Assembly (NCBI GenBank): GCA_029212425.1
Contig: JARGNC010000003.1
Coordinates: 1-39,818, forward strand
Reading direction: 5' to 3'
DNA: 39,818 bases
DNA from: Phycisphaerales bacterium
Lineage (GTDB): Bacteria; Planctomycetota; Phycisphaerae; Phycisphaerales; UBA1924
Both the position numbers and the translations under genes were made by a program. A model generated the notes under the pieces. The model had not been told where the DNA came from and did no database searches. It saw only the letters and a program-made list of their open reading frames with translations. Every line of letters begins with the position of its first letter. Positions within the stretch are counted from its first letter, which is position 1. This document shows, one piece after another, positions 18,510-27,845 of the stretch.

Positions 18510-18974
18510 TCAAGCAAGTCCCTTGAATCGGAATGATGTCCCAGGCTGCAGATCGCAGGTCACAAAGTCCGCGTGCGCTAAATCCGTCGCACGCTGTCCC
18601 GGCGCTCCGAGGGTGAGCCAGACAGACATGTTTGGACCAACATTGATGACCATGCCATTGGTTCGGGGGTCGATCCCGACGATGGTTCCCATCGCACGAC
18701 GCGGGGTCCCGACGCATGGATCAATGCAGCGTCCTCCTGCGCCAGCTGGGTCGATCCGACGCGCCGTTGCGTGGATGGTGCCGAGCACAGTTTTGCCCAC
18801 CAGTGTGCGGAGCTGCTCAAGATCACCCTCAGCGACAAGGTGCGTTGAGTAGTTGGTGTTCGCATAGTTCAGTACGACCATCGCGGGTTTCGCGTGTGTC
18901 TCGTCGATGATCTCGACGATCGTGGCGCGGGTCAGGGTCGGGTCGATCTTGGTGGTCGGTGAGGGATGCAGCAT
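18510..18974 (-). CDS. Hypothetical protein (154 aa)
   Basis: This is the only ORF here with protein-like composition. The + strand alternative at 18523-18852 is Arg/Pro/Ser-rich. It lies 38 nt downstream of trpG on the same strand. I recognise no motif. Confidence 0.45.
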   Translation of the reverse strand: MLHPSPTTKIDPTLTRATIVEIIDETHAKPAMVVLNYANTNYSTHLVAEGDLEQLRTLVGKTVLGTIHATARRIDPAGAGGRCIDPCVGTPRRAMGTIVGIDPRTNGMVINVGPNMSVWLTLGAPGQRATDLAHADFVTCDLQPGTSFRFKGLA

Positions 18975-19012
18975 GGGGTAAGGATAGCCGGGAATCGTCG
19001 AAAATGTAGTGA

Positions 19013-19735
19013 TCAGATGCGGGCTTCGCCCATCTGGGTCCCCATCTCGGTTCCCATAGGTGGTCTGGGGAGGTCGCGTCCCGCTTCGCCCATCTTGAGG
19101 AAGTTCCAGAGCATGATCGATCCGCTGGGGGTCATGAAAGATTCAGGGTGAAACTGAACACCTTCGAGCGGAGCTTTGGATTGATCCGCCCACACCCTCC
19201 GCATTCCCATGACCACTTCAACTGGTTTCCCATCGATCTCATCGACGCACGACGCGGAGACCTGCCAGCCGTCTTCGCCTTCGATCAGTGCTGGGATTGT
19301 TGAGGGTTCAACGATCAGGGAGTGGTAGCGTGCAACGGTCGCTGGTGCTTCGATGCCTGCGAAGAGTCCCTGTCCATCGTGGTTGATCTCGGAGGTTTTG
19401 CCGTGCATGAGTATCTGATGGCGTGCGACGGTCATGCCGTTGGAATCCGCCATGCATTGATGTCCCAAGCAGACTCCCATCACGGGAACGCGTCCTGCGA
19501 AATACTCGATTATCTCGCTGGAGACCCCCGCTTCCTTTGGAGTGCAAGGTCCCGGAGAGATAATCACATGACTTGGACCGCGACCATTGTCAAGCTGCGA
19601 TGCTTGCTCAGGAGTGATCTCGTCATGTCGTTTGACAACAAGATCCCGATCGGGCTCAAGCGTCCGGTCGATCTCACCCAAACGCTGGACAAGGTTCCAG
19701 GTAAAGGAGTCGTAGTTGTCAATCAGGAGAATCAC
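19013..19735 (-). CDS. trpG: Anthranilate / aminodeoxychorismate synthase component II (class I glutamine amidotransferase, TrpG/PabA)
   Basis: The sequence runs MILLIDNYDSFTWNLVQ, SPGPCTP, the catalytic GVCLGHQ, then GVQFHPES. An extra C-terminal extension of about 35 aa (…GEAGRDLPRPPMGTEMGTQMGEARI) is present. TrpG and PabA cannot be distinguished from the sequence alone. Confidence 0.85.
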   Translation of the reverse strand: MILLIDNYDSFTWNLVQRLGEIDRTLEPDRDLVVKRHDEITPEQASQLDNGRGPSHVIISPGPCTPKEAGVSSEIIEYFAGRVPVMGVCLGHQCMADSNGMTVARHQILMHGKTSEINHDGQGLFAGIEAPATVARYHSLIVEPSTIPALIEGEDGWQVSASCVDEIDGKPVEVVMGMRRVWADQSKAPLEGVQFHPESFMTPSGSIMLWNFLKMGEAGRDLPRPPMGTEMGTQMGEARI

Positions 19736-19752
19736 GGCAGACTGTAGGTCGA

Positions 19753-20559
19753 TTATGCCGCGTCTTCACGCATCCAAGTGGTTCCCGCAACCCCGTCCTG
19801 CGTTACCAGGAACAAGTCCTTGGTGATCGGATACGGGAGCTTGGTGAAATCCTCGCTGACGCGAGCGCACAAACGCTGAACGAATGATTCAGGCTCGCAA
19901 CTCAGCGCGATGAACATGTCCCGCGCCGGAGTCGCGACATAGAAGTCCGGACCAAGCTCTTTCGCGAGTTTCGCATGCAGATCGCTCATCAGCAGACGAG
20001 CGGCGTCGTAGCCGTCTTGTTCAGCAACGATGACCGCTTTGCCACCCTCGGCGCTCTCGATGACTTGCATCTCGAGTTCCGGAGCGTACAAATCCAGATT
20101 CTCACGAGCGAGATCGTCGAGATCTTCGATCGAGATTCCCCAACGGACCACCTGGTCCATCGTGATACTCACGGTCATGTGAGGCATATCAAGCACGAAC
20201 ACGATCACCGTGTCATTCACATACGGTACATGCGCCACGAGCGATTCAGTCAGATGCTCGAAGATCGAGATCGGCTGGATGCGAGGCATGATCCGTGCCT
20301 TCGCTTGCTCAAGCGGTATGTCGTTGACCTCGACATGATCCCCCATAAAGAGCTGATCAAGGAAGTGCTCGACGATGTCTGTTCCGCGGTCTGGTTCGTG
20401 CGCAACCATGCGGTAGAGGTTCTCAAGGTCAAGGCGACGCCCGTTGACATGAAGTTCGTTGGGATTGACCCTGTTGATGTTGAACTCGGGCTGCATGCGT
20501 TTGATCAGCTTGACCACATGCTCGACAAACGCATCGGGTTCCTTGGGCATTGTTCCCAT
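19753..20559 (-). CDS. Hypothetical protein, possibly DUF1444/UPF0354-like
   Basis: 268 aa with good coding composition. It lies immediately upstream of trpG (17-nt gap). The family guess rests only on overall resemblance to YtpQ-like proteins. Confidence 0.5.
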   Translation of the reverse strand: MGTMPKEPDAFVEHVVKLIKRMQPEFNINRVNPNELHVNGRRLDLENLYRMVAHEPDRGTDIVEHFLDQLFMGDHVEVNDIPLEQAKARIMPRIQPISIFEHLTESLVAHVPYVNDTVIVFVLDMPHMTVSITMDQVVRWGISIEDLDDLARENLDLYAPELEMQVIESAEGGKAVIVAEQDGYDAARLLMSDLHAKLAKELGPDFYVATPARDMFIALSCEPESFVQRLCARVSEDFTKLPYPITKDLFLVTQDGVAGTTWMREDAA

Positions 20560-20766
20560 GACGATTCCTCCAGTAGCAGCAGATGCGGATACGCCGCGTG
20601 CTGTTGTGGACAGTTTCGACGGGTTCTCGTGCTCAATGAACGATGAATTGGATCGGATATGGCTCTAGGACCTAGATCTGCAGGTTGGACCGGATGATTC
20701 TGGATGGGAGGGACGATAATCCGAGAATACCGAACAAAGAACAACTCTCCATGATCGATATATGGC

Positions 20767-20796
20767 TTGGCAAAACCTACACTGACGGGATACAAT
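20767..20796 (+). promoter_or_regulatory. Putative sigma70-type promoter of acpP-fabF
   Basis: TTGGCA (20767-20772), an 18-nt spacer, then TACAAT (20791-20796), 66 nt upstream of the acpP ATG. Planctomycete promoter consensus is poorly defined, so this is tentative. Confidence 0.3.
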
Positions 20797-20862
20797 CGAG
20801 GCCAAGATCGGGACCAGGATTCTCGGGCGTATGGAGCGACCGAGCAAAGAACCCAAGATCGA

Positions 20863-21129
20863 ATGAGCGGAGACTACGCTGTGACCGAAGCAGAAATTGA
20901 ATCAAAGGTGATCGAAATCGTTGCTGAGCAGATGGGTGCTGACAAGGAGAAGATCTCTCGCGAGACCAGCTTCATGGAAGACCTGAACGCTGACAGCCTC
21001 GACACCGTCGAGCTGGTGATGGAGTTTGAGGACGAGTTTGAAACCTCAATCCCAGATGATCAGGCTGAAAAAATCCTGACCGTTGGCAATGCCATCGACT
21101 TCATCAAGCAAGCGAACGGTACGGATTAA
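20863..21129 (+). CDS. acpP: Acyl carrier protein
   Basis: 88 aa from the internal ATG at 20863. It has ...IVAEQMG...[30 protein letters not shown]... with the phosphopantetheine-attachment DSLD motif. The track ORF's TTG-initiated 32-aa extension was rejected. Confidence 0.92.
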   Translation: MSGDYAVTEAEIESKVIEIVAEQMGADKEKISRETSFMEDLNADSLDTVELVMEFEDEFETSIPDDQAEKILTVGNAIDFIKQANGTD

Positions 21130-21155
21130 CCCCCGTCCCGCTCGACCCCCTTATA

Positions 21156-21192
21156 AAGCCCCCCGATCAGTGTCGGTGGGGCTTGTGTATTT
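21156..21192 (+). terminator. Hairpin / partial terminator (attenuator) between acpP and fabF
   Basis: An 11-bp stem with one bulge, aagccccccga (21156-21166) with tcggTggggctt (21173-21184), has the loop tcagtg. The following U-tract is weak (tgtgtattt). Confidence 0.4.
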
Positions 21193-21254
21193 GACTCGCT
21201 GAGTGTTTTTGACACCAGAGTCCGACAACCAACCCTCAAGGTCAGGATGTATCC

Positions 21255-22550
21255 ATGAGCTCCCCTACTTCTCCCAATAAGCGTCATCGTGTGGTGATCA
21301 CAGGATTTGGTGCACTCACCAACATCGGTCACAACGCCGCTGATACATGGGACGCTATGAAGTCCGGCAAATCAGGCATCACCACAATCGACTCTGAGGA
21401 CTTCAAGCAGTACGACGACTGGACCGTCACCATTGGGGGGCAAGTCCACAACTGGACTCCCGATGCGGTCATCGACAAACGCGAAGCAAAGCGCATGGAC
21501 AGAGTCTCGCTTCTGGGACTTTTCGCGGCACAAGAAGCCGTGGATCACTCTGGATTCGATTTCAGCAAAGGCGATCCGGAACGACAAGGCATTGTCATGG
21601 GATCGGGAATCGGCGGGATCTCGACCATTGAAACAAGCGTTCAAACAATGGTTTCCAAAGGTCCAGCACGAATTTCCCCGTTCACCGTCCCCAAACTGAT
21701 GGCCAATGCGGTGACCGGGAACATCTCGATCCGCTTTAACCTTCAGGGTCCTGCATCAACCCACGCGACCGCGTGCGCTTCTTCAGGACACGCGATTGGT
21801 GACGCGATGGAAGCGATCCGTTTGGGACGCGCTGATGTCATGATCGCTGGTGGGTCAGAAGCGGCACTCACCCCGTTGTGTCTCGGCGCGTTCATGACCA
21901 TGAAGGCACTCTCGACACGCAACGACGCTCCGCACAAAGCATCCCGCCCGTTCGATACTGGACGCGATGGGTTCGTGCTCAGCGAGGGAGCCGCGGTCTA
22001 TGTGCTCGAATCCGAAGAGCACGCGAAGGCACGCGGAGCGACGATCTACGCGGAACTCAGTGGTGCCGCGAACTCCTGCGACGCTGGTCACATCACCGCT
22101 CCACATCCAGAGGGACGCGGCGCGGGACACGCGATGCGTTGGGCGCTCGAAGACGCTGGACTCAACCCAGAAGACATCGACTACATCAACGCGCACGGCA
22201 CATCCACCCCGCTTGGTGACAAAGCGGAAATCATCGCGGTGAAAACCGTCTTCGGTGACCACGCAACCAAGGGTGGTGCGAACGGCGGATTGGTCATGAA
22301 CTCCACCAAGTCCATGCACGGGCACTGCCTCGGCGCATCGGGTGCTGTCGAACTGATCGCATGCATCAATGCGGTCCGCGAAGGCATTGTCGCTCCGACA
22401 ATCAACCTCGACGAGATCGACCCAGAATGCTCCGGAGTGGACATTGTCGCGAACACCGCTCGTGAGATGCCTGTCCGCAGAGCGATGAACAACACCTTTG
22501 GGTTCGGTGGACACAATGTCAGTCTGATCGTCAGCCAATACGAGGGCTGA
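21255..22550 (+). CDS. fabF: 3-oxoacyl-ACP synthase II
   Basis: 431 aa. It runs RVVITGFGALT, the active-site ATACASSGHAIG (Cys), then INAHGTSTPLGD (His), KSMHGHCLGASG (His) and the C-terminal NTFGFGGHN. Confidence 0.92.
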   Translation: MSSPTSPNKRHRVVITGFGALTNIGHNAADTWDAMKSGKSGITTIDSEDFKQYDDWTVTIGGQVHNWTPDAVIDKREAKRMDRVSLLGLFAAQEAVDHSGFDFSKGDPERQGIVMGSGIGGISTIETSVQTMVSKGPARISPFTVPKLMANAVTGNISIRFNLQGPASTHATACASSGHAIGDAMEAIRLGRADVMIAGGSEAALTPLCLGAFMTMKALSTRNDAPHKASRPFDTGRDGFVLSEGAAVYVLESEEHAKARGATIYAELSGAANSCDAGHITAPHPEGRGAGHAMRWALEDAGLNPEDIDYINAHGTSTPLGDKAEIIAVKTVFGDHATKGGANGGLVMNSTKSMHGHCLGASGAVELIACINAVREGIVAPTINLDEIDPECSGVDIVANTAREMPVRRAMNNTFGFGGHNVSLIVSQYEG

Positions 22551-22688
22551 TGACACCTCCTCGATCTGATCCGTTATCCGGACCCAGCTCCACTATTTGA
22601 TGGCATCCCGCTTGCGATTCTTCATCAGAGTCCCGAGAGTTGTGCGCGTTGAGTACATCGGGGCGCACTTTGTGCCGATGAGGATGGT

Positions 22689-23042
22689 ATGGGTTCAAAC
22701 ATCAGTTCAATCTTGCGTATCGAAGTCCCGCTCGTCGTCGTCCTCGGCGAACGCACTATGGAGATGCACGCTGTCCGCCAGTGGGTTCCAGGATCGATTC
22801 TTGAACTCCCGATCAACGCTGAATCCGATCTCGAAGTCCGCATCAACAACCGGCGCATCGCGAGCGGATCTGCTGTGAAAATCGGCGAGAACTTCGGTGT
22901 CCGCTTCACAACCACGCTTGGACAAACAGAACGCATCGAAGCCCTCGGCCCCGCTCAATCAAGCGACAGCGACGCAATGGGTGGATCAGACGAGATGACC
23001 CCAGATGAGATCGCTGAAGCGATGCTCGCTGGTCAACTCTGA
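22689..23042 (+). CDS. FliN / SpoA (surface presentation of antigens) domain protein
   Basis: 117 aa. ILRIEVPLVVVLGERTMEMHAVRQWVPGSILELPINAESDLEVRINNRRIASGSAVKIGENFGVRF matches the FliN C-terminal domain pattern (v.l.velG...l.l.....L..G.vi.L.......v.l.vn...ia.Ge.V.....fGvri). Confidence 0.7.
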   Translation: MGSNISSILRIEVPLVVVLGERTMEMHAVRQWVPGSILELPINAESDLEVRINNRRIASGSAVKIGENFGVRFTTTLGQTERIEALGPAQSSDSDAMGGSDEMTPDEIAEAMLAGQL

Positions 23043-23074
23043 TCGCGGCTGATTGAGTCCAAAGTCTGGCGCGA

Positions 23075-24124
23075 TTATCGAACGATGTCTCGGCCTTTGA
23101 TGCCGTCGCGCGTCGCCCAGAAGTACGCGGGATACTTTCCTGCTCCGAATCCATCGATGTTGAGCAAGCCCACTTCAAAGTAGTCTTTGTCCATGCCATA
23201 ATCTTCGAGCAGTGATCCGGGAATATCCCACACATCTGTTGGCTGAAACTCGCGTGCGACACGCGGGTTTTCGTCCCCTGCCAACTGACGAATTTCTTCG
23301 ATCTTTGCCGCGATCACGGAGCCGTCTGAAGTCAGGACCGCTGGTTGCGCTTTGGGATTGTTCCACTGCGGATGATGGTTCTCTTCGCCCATCGCGATGG
23401 AAGGCGCGGTCGGATCGATCGGGTGCGGGATACTCGCGGTCCGCTCATTCTGTGACCAATCAAACCGCTCCCAGATGATGACCTTGTTCGCGGGAAACGA
23501 GGTGTCAGAAATCTTGTTCCGCCGGACCATTGAAATTGGAGCACTGTTCCGCTGAGCCGCTGGGCGGTTTGTATCCTCGTAACGCTTTGGTGAGAACCAG
23601 AGGGTCGGCGAGAGAATATACGAAGAATCCCAGATCCCGGTATTGAGATTGAAGTTGTCGTTCTCGTTGAGGAAGTCTGCGAATCGCGTGATGATCGCTT
23701 TGTCAGAGGGCGCGAACTGGATTTCAGATCCGTAGTCGCCCTCGTTGACCCATCCGCCGACGAGAGAGTACCAGTGGAACGCGTACATTTCAGAGTACCA
23801 TTGAGCTGGACCGGTGAACTCGTAAACGCCGTTGAGACCCGGCTTGCTGACGCGTGCCCACCCCCCTGCTGCTGGACCTCCGTTCCCGCCTGTGACTCGA
23901 CCAGCATCGAACGGATTGATGTAGCTGTCTTTGAAATCCCCAGCATACAGGAACTGGATCTGCCCCAATGATCGGAGATTGGCTTTGCTCTTGACCGCTT
24001 GTGCGGTGGCGCGAGCTTTACCCAACGCTGGGATCAAGATCCCCAGCAACAACGCGATGATCGCGATCACGACCAACAACTCAATCAGGGTAAACCCTTG
24101 CATCTTTCGACAGCGATTCCGCAT
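23075..24124 (-). CDS. DUF1559 domain protein with N-terminal prepilin-type cleavage/methylation leader
   Basis: MRNRCRKMQGFTLIELLVVIAIIALLLGILIPALGKAR is the classic planctomycete H-X9-DG/DUF1559 N-terminus. ATG 24124 is preceded by AAGGAG. The track's TTG start at 24139 lies within that RBS. Confidence 0.85.
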   Translation of the reverse strand: MRNRCRKMQGFTLIELLVVIAIIALLLGILIPALGKARATAQAVKSKANLRSLGQIQFLYAGDFKDSYINPFDAGRVTGGNGGPAAGGWARVSKPGLNGVYEFTGPAQWYSEMYAFHWYSLVGGWVNEGDYGSEIQFAPSDKAIITRFADFLNENDNFNLNTGIWDSSYILSPTLWFSPKRYEDTNRPAAQRNSAPISMVRRNKISDTSFPANKVIIWERFDWSQNERTASIPHPIDPTAPSIAMGEENHHPQWNNPKAQPAVLTSDGSVIAAKIEEIRQLAGDENPRVAREFQPTDVWDIPGSLLEDYGMDKDYFEVGLLNIDGFGAGKYPAYFWATRDGIKGRDIVR

Positions 24125-24344
24125 TCCACACTCCTTCAATCAACCCACACAATACCACAAATACACCCGAATTACACGGACTTTCCTCGCTTCAAGCAAT
24201 GAACTTGTTAGACAAGCGGTTCAAGTGCAGAGTGTTTCTGTATTATCGACACCGATTCCGGAATATCATCGGTCAGACCAAGAGTTTCCGCCGATAGATT
24301 CGTTAGATTCTTGATCACATCACCCGAACCACCGGACTCCCACT

Positions 24345-26345
24345 ATGCCCCGTGATATCCCAGTCGGCAACGGCTCAATCCTCTTCACCTTCGACGACAA
24401 GTACCGTATCCGCGATATCTATTCGCCACGCGTCGGTCGCTACAACCACACCGAGGGGCATGTCCAACGCTTCGGGGTCTGGGCCGACGGCCAAATCTCA
24501 TGGATCGAAGAAGATTCATGGGAACGCGACCTGAGATACAAACCAGATTCAATGACCACCGATGTTCGGCTCACCAACCGCAAACTCGGACTTGAACTCA
24601 CTTGTCACGATCTTGTGGACTACCACAAACCGGTCTTCTTCCGCAAGGTCTTCGTCCGCGATCTCCGCGGCGCGACGCGCGATGTCCGCCTCTTCTTCCA
24701 CTTCGATCTCTCGATCAACGGCTCGCCGGTCGGTGATACCGCAAACTTTGACCCCAACACCAACGCGGTCATCCTCTACAAGGATGACTCATACTTCCTG
24801 ATCAACGCGAGCAGCGATCCAACCAAGTGCGGGATCGATCACTGGGCAATCGGCGCCAAGCGTGTCGGCGGCGCAGAAGGTACCTGGCGCGATGCAGAAG
24901 ACGGGCAACTCGGCCGGAACGCGATCTCTCAAGGATCGGTTGACACAACCGTCGGAGTCCATGTCCAGGTTCCTGAAAACGGCGAAGCACAAGCGACACT
25001 CTGGGTCGTGTGCGCGGATAACTACGAAGCCGCAAAGAGCTACAACCAGCGCGTCTGGGAGACCAGCCCTGATCGATTGATCGCTCGCACCGAAGCGTAC
25101 TGGAAGCTTTGGAGCCGTAAGGAACCGATCAACACCGCTCCGCTGACGGAGCCGGTACGCGATTTGTTCTACCGATCGCAGTTGATCCTCCGCACGCAGA
25201 TCGACAACGGCGGCGCGATCATCGCTGCCAACGACACGGACATTACACACTTTGCGGGGGATCATTATTCCTACTGCTGGATGCGTGACGGCGCGTTGGT
25301 CGCACACTCACTGGTGCTTGCGTGCCAGAGTGAGCTGAGCCGGAACTTCTTCCGTTATGCCGCGGACTGTATCGGTGACAAGCCGTATTTCTTGCATAAG
25401 TACAACCCAGAGGGTGACCTGGCAAGCTCATGGCACCCCTGGATGATCGACGGCAAGCCTGTGCTTCCGATCCAGCAAGACGAAACCGCGCTCACGCTCT
25501 GGGCGCTGCGTCAGCACTTCAACGAGTTCCGCGATGTGGAGTTCATCAAACCGCTGTATTCCAAGCTTGTGCTGCGTCCCGCGAAATGGATGCTCGAGCA
25601 CCGCGACCACAACGGTCTCCCGCTGCAATCGTGGGATCTTTGGGAAGAGCGTCGCGGGATTCATACCTTTACCGTTGCCGCGACGATCGGCGCGCTCAAC
25701 GCCGCCGCGGACTTCGCGAACGACTTTGGCGACCTCGATCATGCCGCGAACTTCCGTGAGGGAGCTGAGCGGATGAAGGGTGCGCTTCGTCGTCACTTCT
25801 GGCACGAAGATCGTGGACACTTCGCACGCATGGGTGTCCCCCTCGATGATGGTTCGTACCGGCTCGACATGACACGCGACAGCGCGAACTATGCGTTGTT
25901 TGCGTTCGAAGCATTCGATGCGACCGATCCGTTGGTGCAATCCGAGATGGAGACCATGCGTGATCGACTCTGGGTCAAAACTGATGTCGGCGGATGCGCT
26001 CGCTACGAGCGAGATTACTACCACCAAGTCGAGTGCAACAAAACCGAGGATGTCCCAGGAAATCCGTGGGTGATCTGCACACTCTGGCAAGCACAGTACC
26101 AGATCGCAAAGGCAAACACGATCGACGATCTCAAAGCCGCGATGACCTTGCTGGACTGGACTACCCGCCGCACGCGCCCATCAGGCGTACTCGCGGAGCA
26201 GTTTGATCCGTACACAGGTGCCCCGATCTCCGTCTCGCCGCTGACCTGGTCGCACGCGACCTTTGTCAGCACCTGTGTGCAATATCTCAACAAACTCGAA
26301 GCGATCAAAGCGGGTATCACCGCTTCCTCCGAATCTGCGATTTAA
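24345..26345 (+). CDS. Glycoside hydrolase family 15 (glucoamylase / glucodextranase / trehalase-like)
   Basis: 666 aa. An N-terminal beta-sandwich region is followed by an (alpha/alpha)6 catalytic part with YSYCWMRDGA, LWEER.G.HTFT, and PWVICTLWQAQY...LAEQFDP.TG...SPLTWSHA. Confidence 0.85.
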   Translation: MPRDIPVGNGSILFTFDDKYRIRDIYSPRVGRYNHTEGHVQRFGVWADGQISWIEEDSWERDLRYKPDSMTTDVRLTNRKLGLELTCHDLVDYHKPVFFRKVFVRDLRGATRDVRLFFHFDLSINGSPVGDTANFDPNTNAVILYKDDSYFLINASSDPTKCGIDHWAIGAKRVGGAEGTWRDAEDGQLGRNAISQGSVDTTVGVHVQVPENGEAQATLWVVCADNYEAAKSYNQRVWETSPDRLIARTEAYWKLWSRKEPINTAPLTEPVRDLFYRSQLILRTQIDNGGAIIAANDTDITHFAGDHYSYCWMRDGALVAHSLVLACQSELSRNFFRYAADCIGDKPYFLHKYNPEGDLASSWHPWMIDGKPVLPIQQDETALTLWALRQHFNEFRDVEFIKPLYSKLVLRPAKWMLEHRDHNGLPLQSWDLWEERRGIHTFTVAATIGALNAAADFANDFGDLDHAANFREGAERMKGALRRHFWHEDRGHFARMGVPLDDGSYRLDMTRDSANYALFAFEAFDATDPLVQSEMETMRDRLWVKTDVGGCARYERDYYHQVECNKTEDVPGNPWVICTLWQAQYQIAKANTIDDLKAAMTLLDWTTRRTRPSGVLAEQFDPYTGAPISVSPLTWSHATFVSTCVQYLNKLEAIKAGITASSESAI

Positions 26346-26381
26346 CTTGGCTATTGGGCAAACCAGCTGATACCCTTGCCG

Positions 26382-27845
26382 ATGGACACTGGTTTGATTC
26401 AATCGACACTCAGCGACCGATTCGGTCTCGAATCTCTGCGCCCACTCCAAGCGGAAATCATCGAGCAGGTCATGGATGGTGGCGATGCGTTGGTCGTCAT
26501 GCCCACCGGTTCGGGTAAATCCCTCTGCTTCCAGCTCCCATCGCTCGCGATGAACCACGAATGCGGCGGCGAAGGGATCGGGCTTGTGTTCTCGCCGCTG
26601 ATCGCGCTCATGGAAGACCAAGTCCACGCGCTCAAGAAACGAGGCATCCGCGCCGAGTATGTCAACTCGACCGTTTCCAAACCCGAGCGGATCAAACGGT
26701 ACAAGAAGCTCGCCGCGGGTGAGTACGAGCTGTTTTACGCAACCCCCGAACGCATGACCAAGCCTGACTTTCGAGCGGCGCTCGATCAATGTCCCGGCGG
26801 CGTGAACCTCCTCGCGATCGATGAATGCCACTGCGTCACCAAATGGGGGCACGACCTGCGTCCCGCGTACCAACGCATCGGGGAGTTTCGACACGAGCTT
26901 GGCGACCCCGTCACCATCGCGCTGACCGCAACAGCAACCAGAGCGGTCCGCGAGGATATCCGAGTGGTGCTTGGGACGGATGAAGATTCCATGCCGCTCT
27001 TCGCGGCTCCTGTCGATCGTCCCAACCTCAAACTCAGCTGTGAAACTGTCTGGGATGATGAAGACAAGATCGACAAGCTCCGCTCAACACTCAAAGGCAT
27101 CGAGGGGACCTCGATCGTCTACTTCACGCTCATCAAAGACCTCGATCGGATGGCGCCGTTGATCAAGCGTGCGATGGATCGTCCCGTCGAGATCTATCAC
27201 GGCCGGCTCCCCCCTGCTGAGCGAAGGCGCGTGTACAACCAGTTCATCAACGCGACCCCCAAAGAGAACCTGCTCCTGTGCGCAACCAACGCATTCGGGA
27301 TGGGGGTGGACAAATCCGATCTGCGTTCGGTCATCCACGCGCAGCTCCCAGGATCGGTCGAAGCGTACCACCAAGAGGTCGGACGCGCGGGACGCGATGG
27401 GCTGCCTTCGATGTGCAAGATCCTGTACGCCCAGTCCGACCTGACCATCCAGCAAGAGTTCATCCGCTGGCAGAACCCCACCGCGGACCTGATCATGCAG
27501 ACCATGAGCGCGATCGAGGCACGCTTCAACCACGATGACTTCGATTCCGACGACCTCCGCATCCATGTCATCGGCAAAGGACACGCGCACGGGCTCGGAG
27601 GAGGGGTCATGGAGTATGTCCTGATCCGTCTCGCAGAATACGGCGCGATCGAACTCACCCCAATCCCTGGAAATGAACGCGGACAAGGCCGATACCGCTA
27701 TGTCCGCACCATCGACGACGACGAGATCGATGCAGAATCAATCGACGAGAAACTCAAACGCGATCTCATGAGGCTCCTCGATGTCGTCAACCTGACCAAA
27801 TCGGCTGATATCCCAGCGTATATCACTGAATACTTTGGGCTTTGA
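26382..27845 (+). CDS. RecQ-family ATP-dependent DNA helicase (short form, no obvious HRDC)
   Basis: Helicase motifs: LRPLQ, VVMPTGSGKSLCFQLP (I), AIDECHCVTKWGHDLRP (DEAH-type II), ALTATAT (III), ATNAFGMGVDKSD (V), HQEVGRAGRDG (VI). The ATG is at 26382; the track's TTG at 26376 is 2 codons upstream. Confidence 0.85.
   Translation: MDTGLIQSTLSDRFGLESLRPLQAEIIEQVMDGGDALVVMPTGSGKSLCFQLPSLAMNHECGGEGIGLVFSPLIALMEDQVHALKKRGIRAEYVNSTVSKPERIKRYKKLAAGEYELFYATPERMTKPDFRAALDQCPGGVNLLAIDECHCVTKWGHDLRPAYQRIGEFRHELGDPVTIALTATATRAVREDIRVVLGTDEDSMPLFAAPVDRPNLKLSCETVWDDEDKIDKLRSTLKGIEGTSIVYFTLIKDLDRMAPLIKRAMDRPVEIYHGRLPPAERRRVYNQFINATPKENLLLCATNAFGMGVDKSDLRSVIHAQLPGSVEAYHQEVGRAGRDGLPSMCKILYAQSDLTIQQEFIRWQNPTADLIMQTMSAIEARFNHDDFDSDDLRIHVIGKGHAHGLGGGVMEYVLIRLAEYGAIELTPIPGNERGQGRYRYVRTIDDDEIDAESIDEKLKRDLMRLLDVVNLTKSADIPAYITEYFGL

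Noticed and set aside
18505-19012. The region after the ABC permease might hold a degraded oppC pseudogene.
   Set aside because: No plus-strand frame here shows hydrophobic TM-like translation. The minus-strand 154-aa ORF is intact and has the better composition. I cannot support a pseudogene call without a translated search.
20767-20862. A TTG-initiated 32-aa extension of acpP.
   Set aside because: ACPs are about 80-90 aa. The extension is basic junk and overlaps the promoter-like element. The ATG at 20863 gives a canonical ACP.
21855-22556. A 233-aa minus-strand ORF antisense to fabF. Similar shadows lie at 19975-20646, 25428-26090, 26181-26894, 30807-31409 and 32908-33474.
   Set aside because: Each overlaps a gene with strong family motifs on the other strand. 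Each has Arg/His/Asp-rich composition typical of antisense frames.
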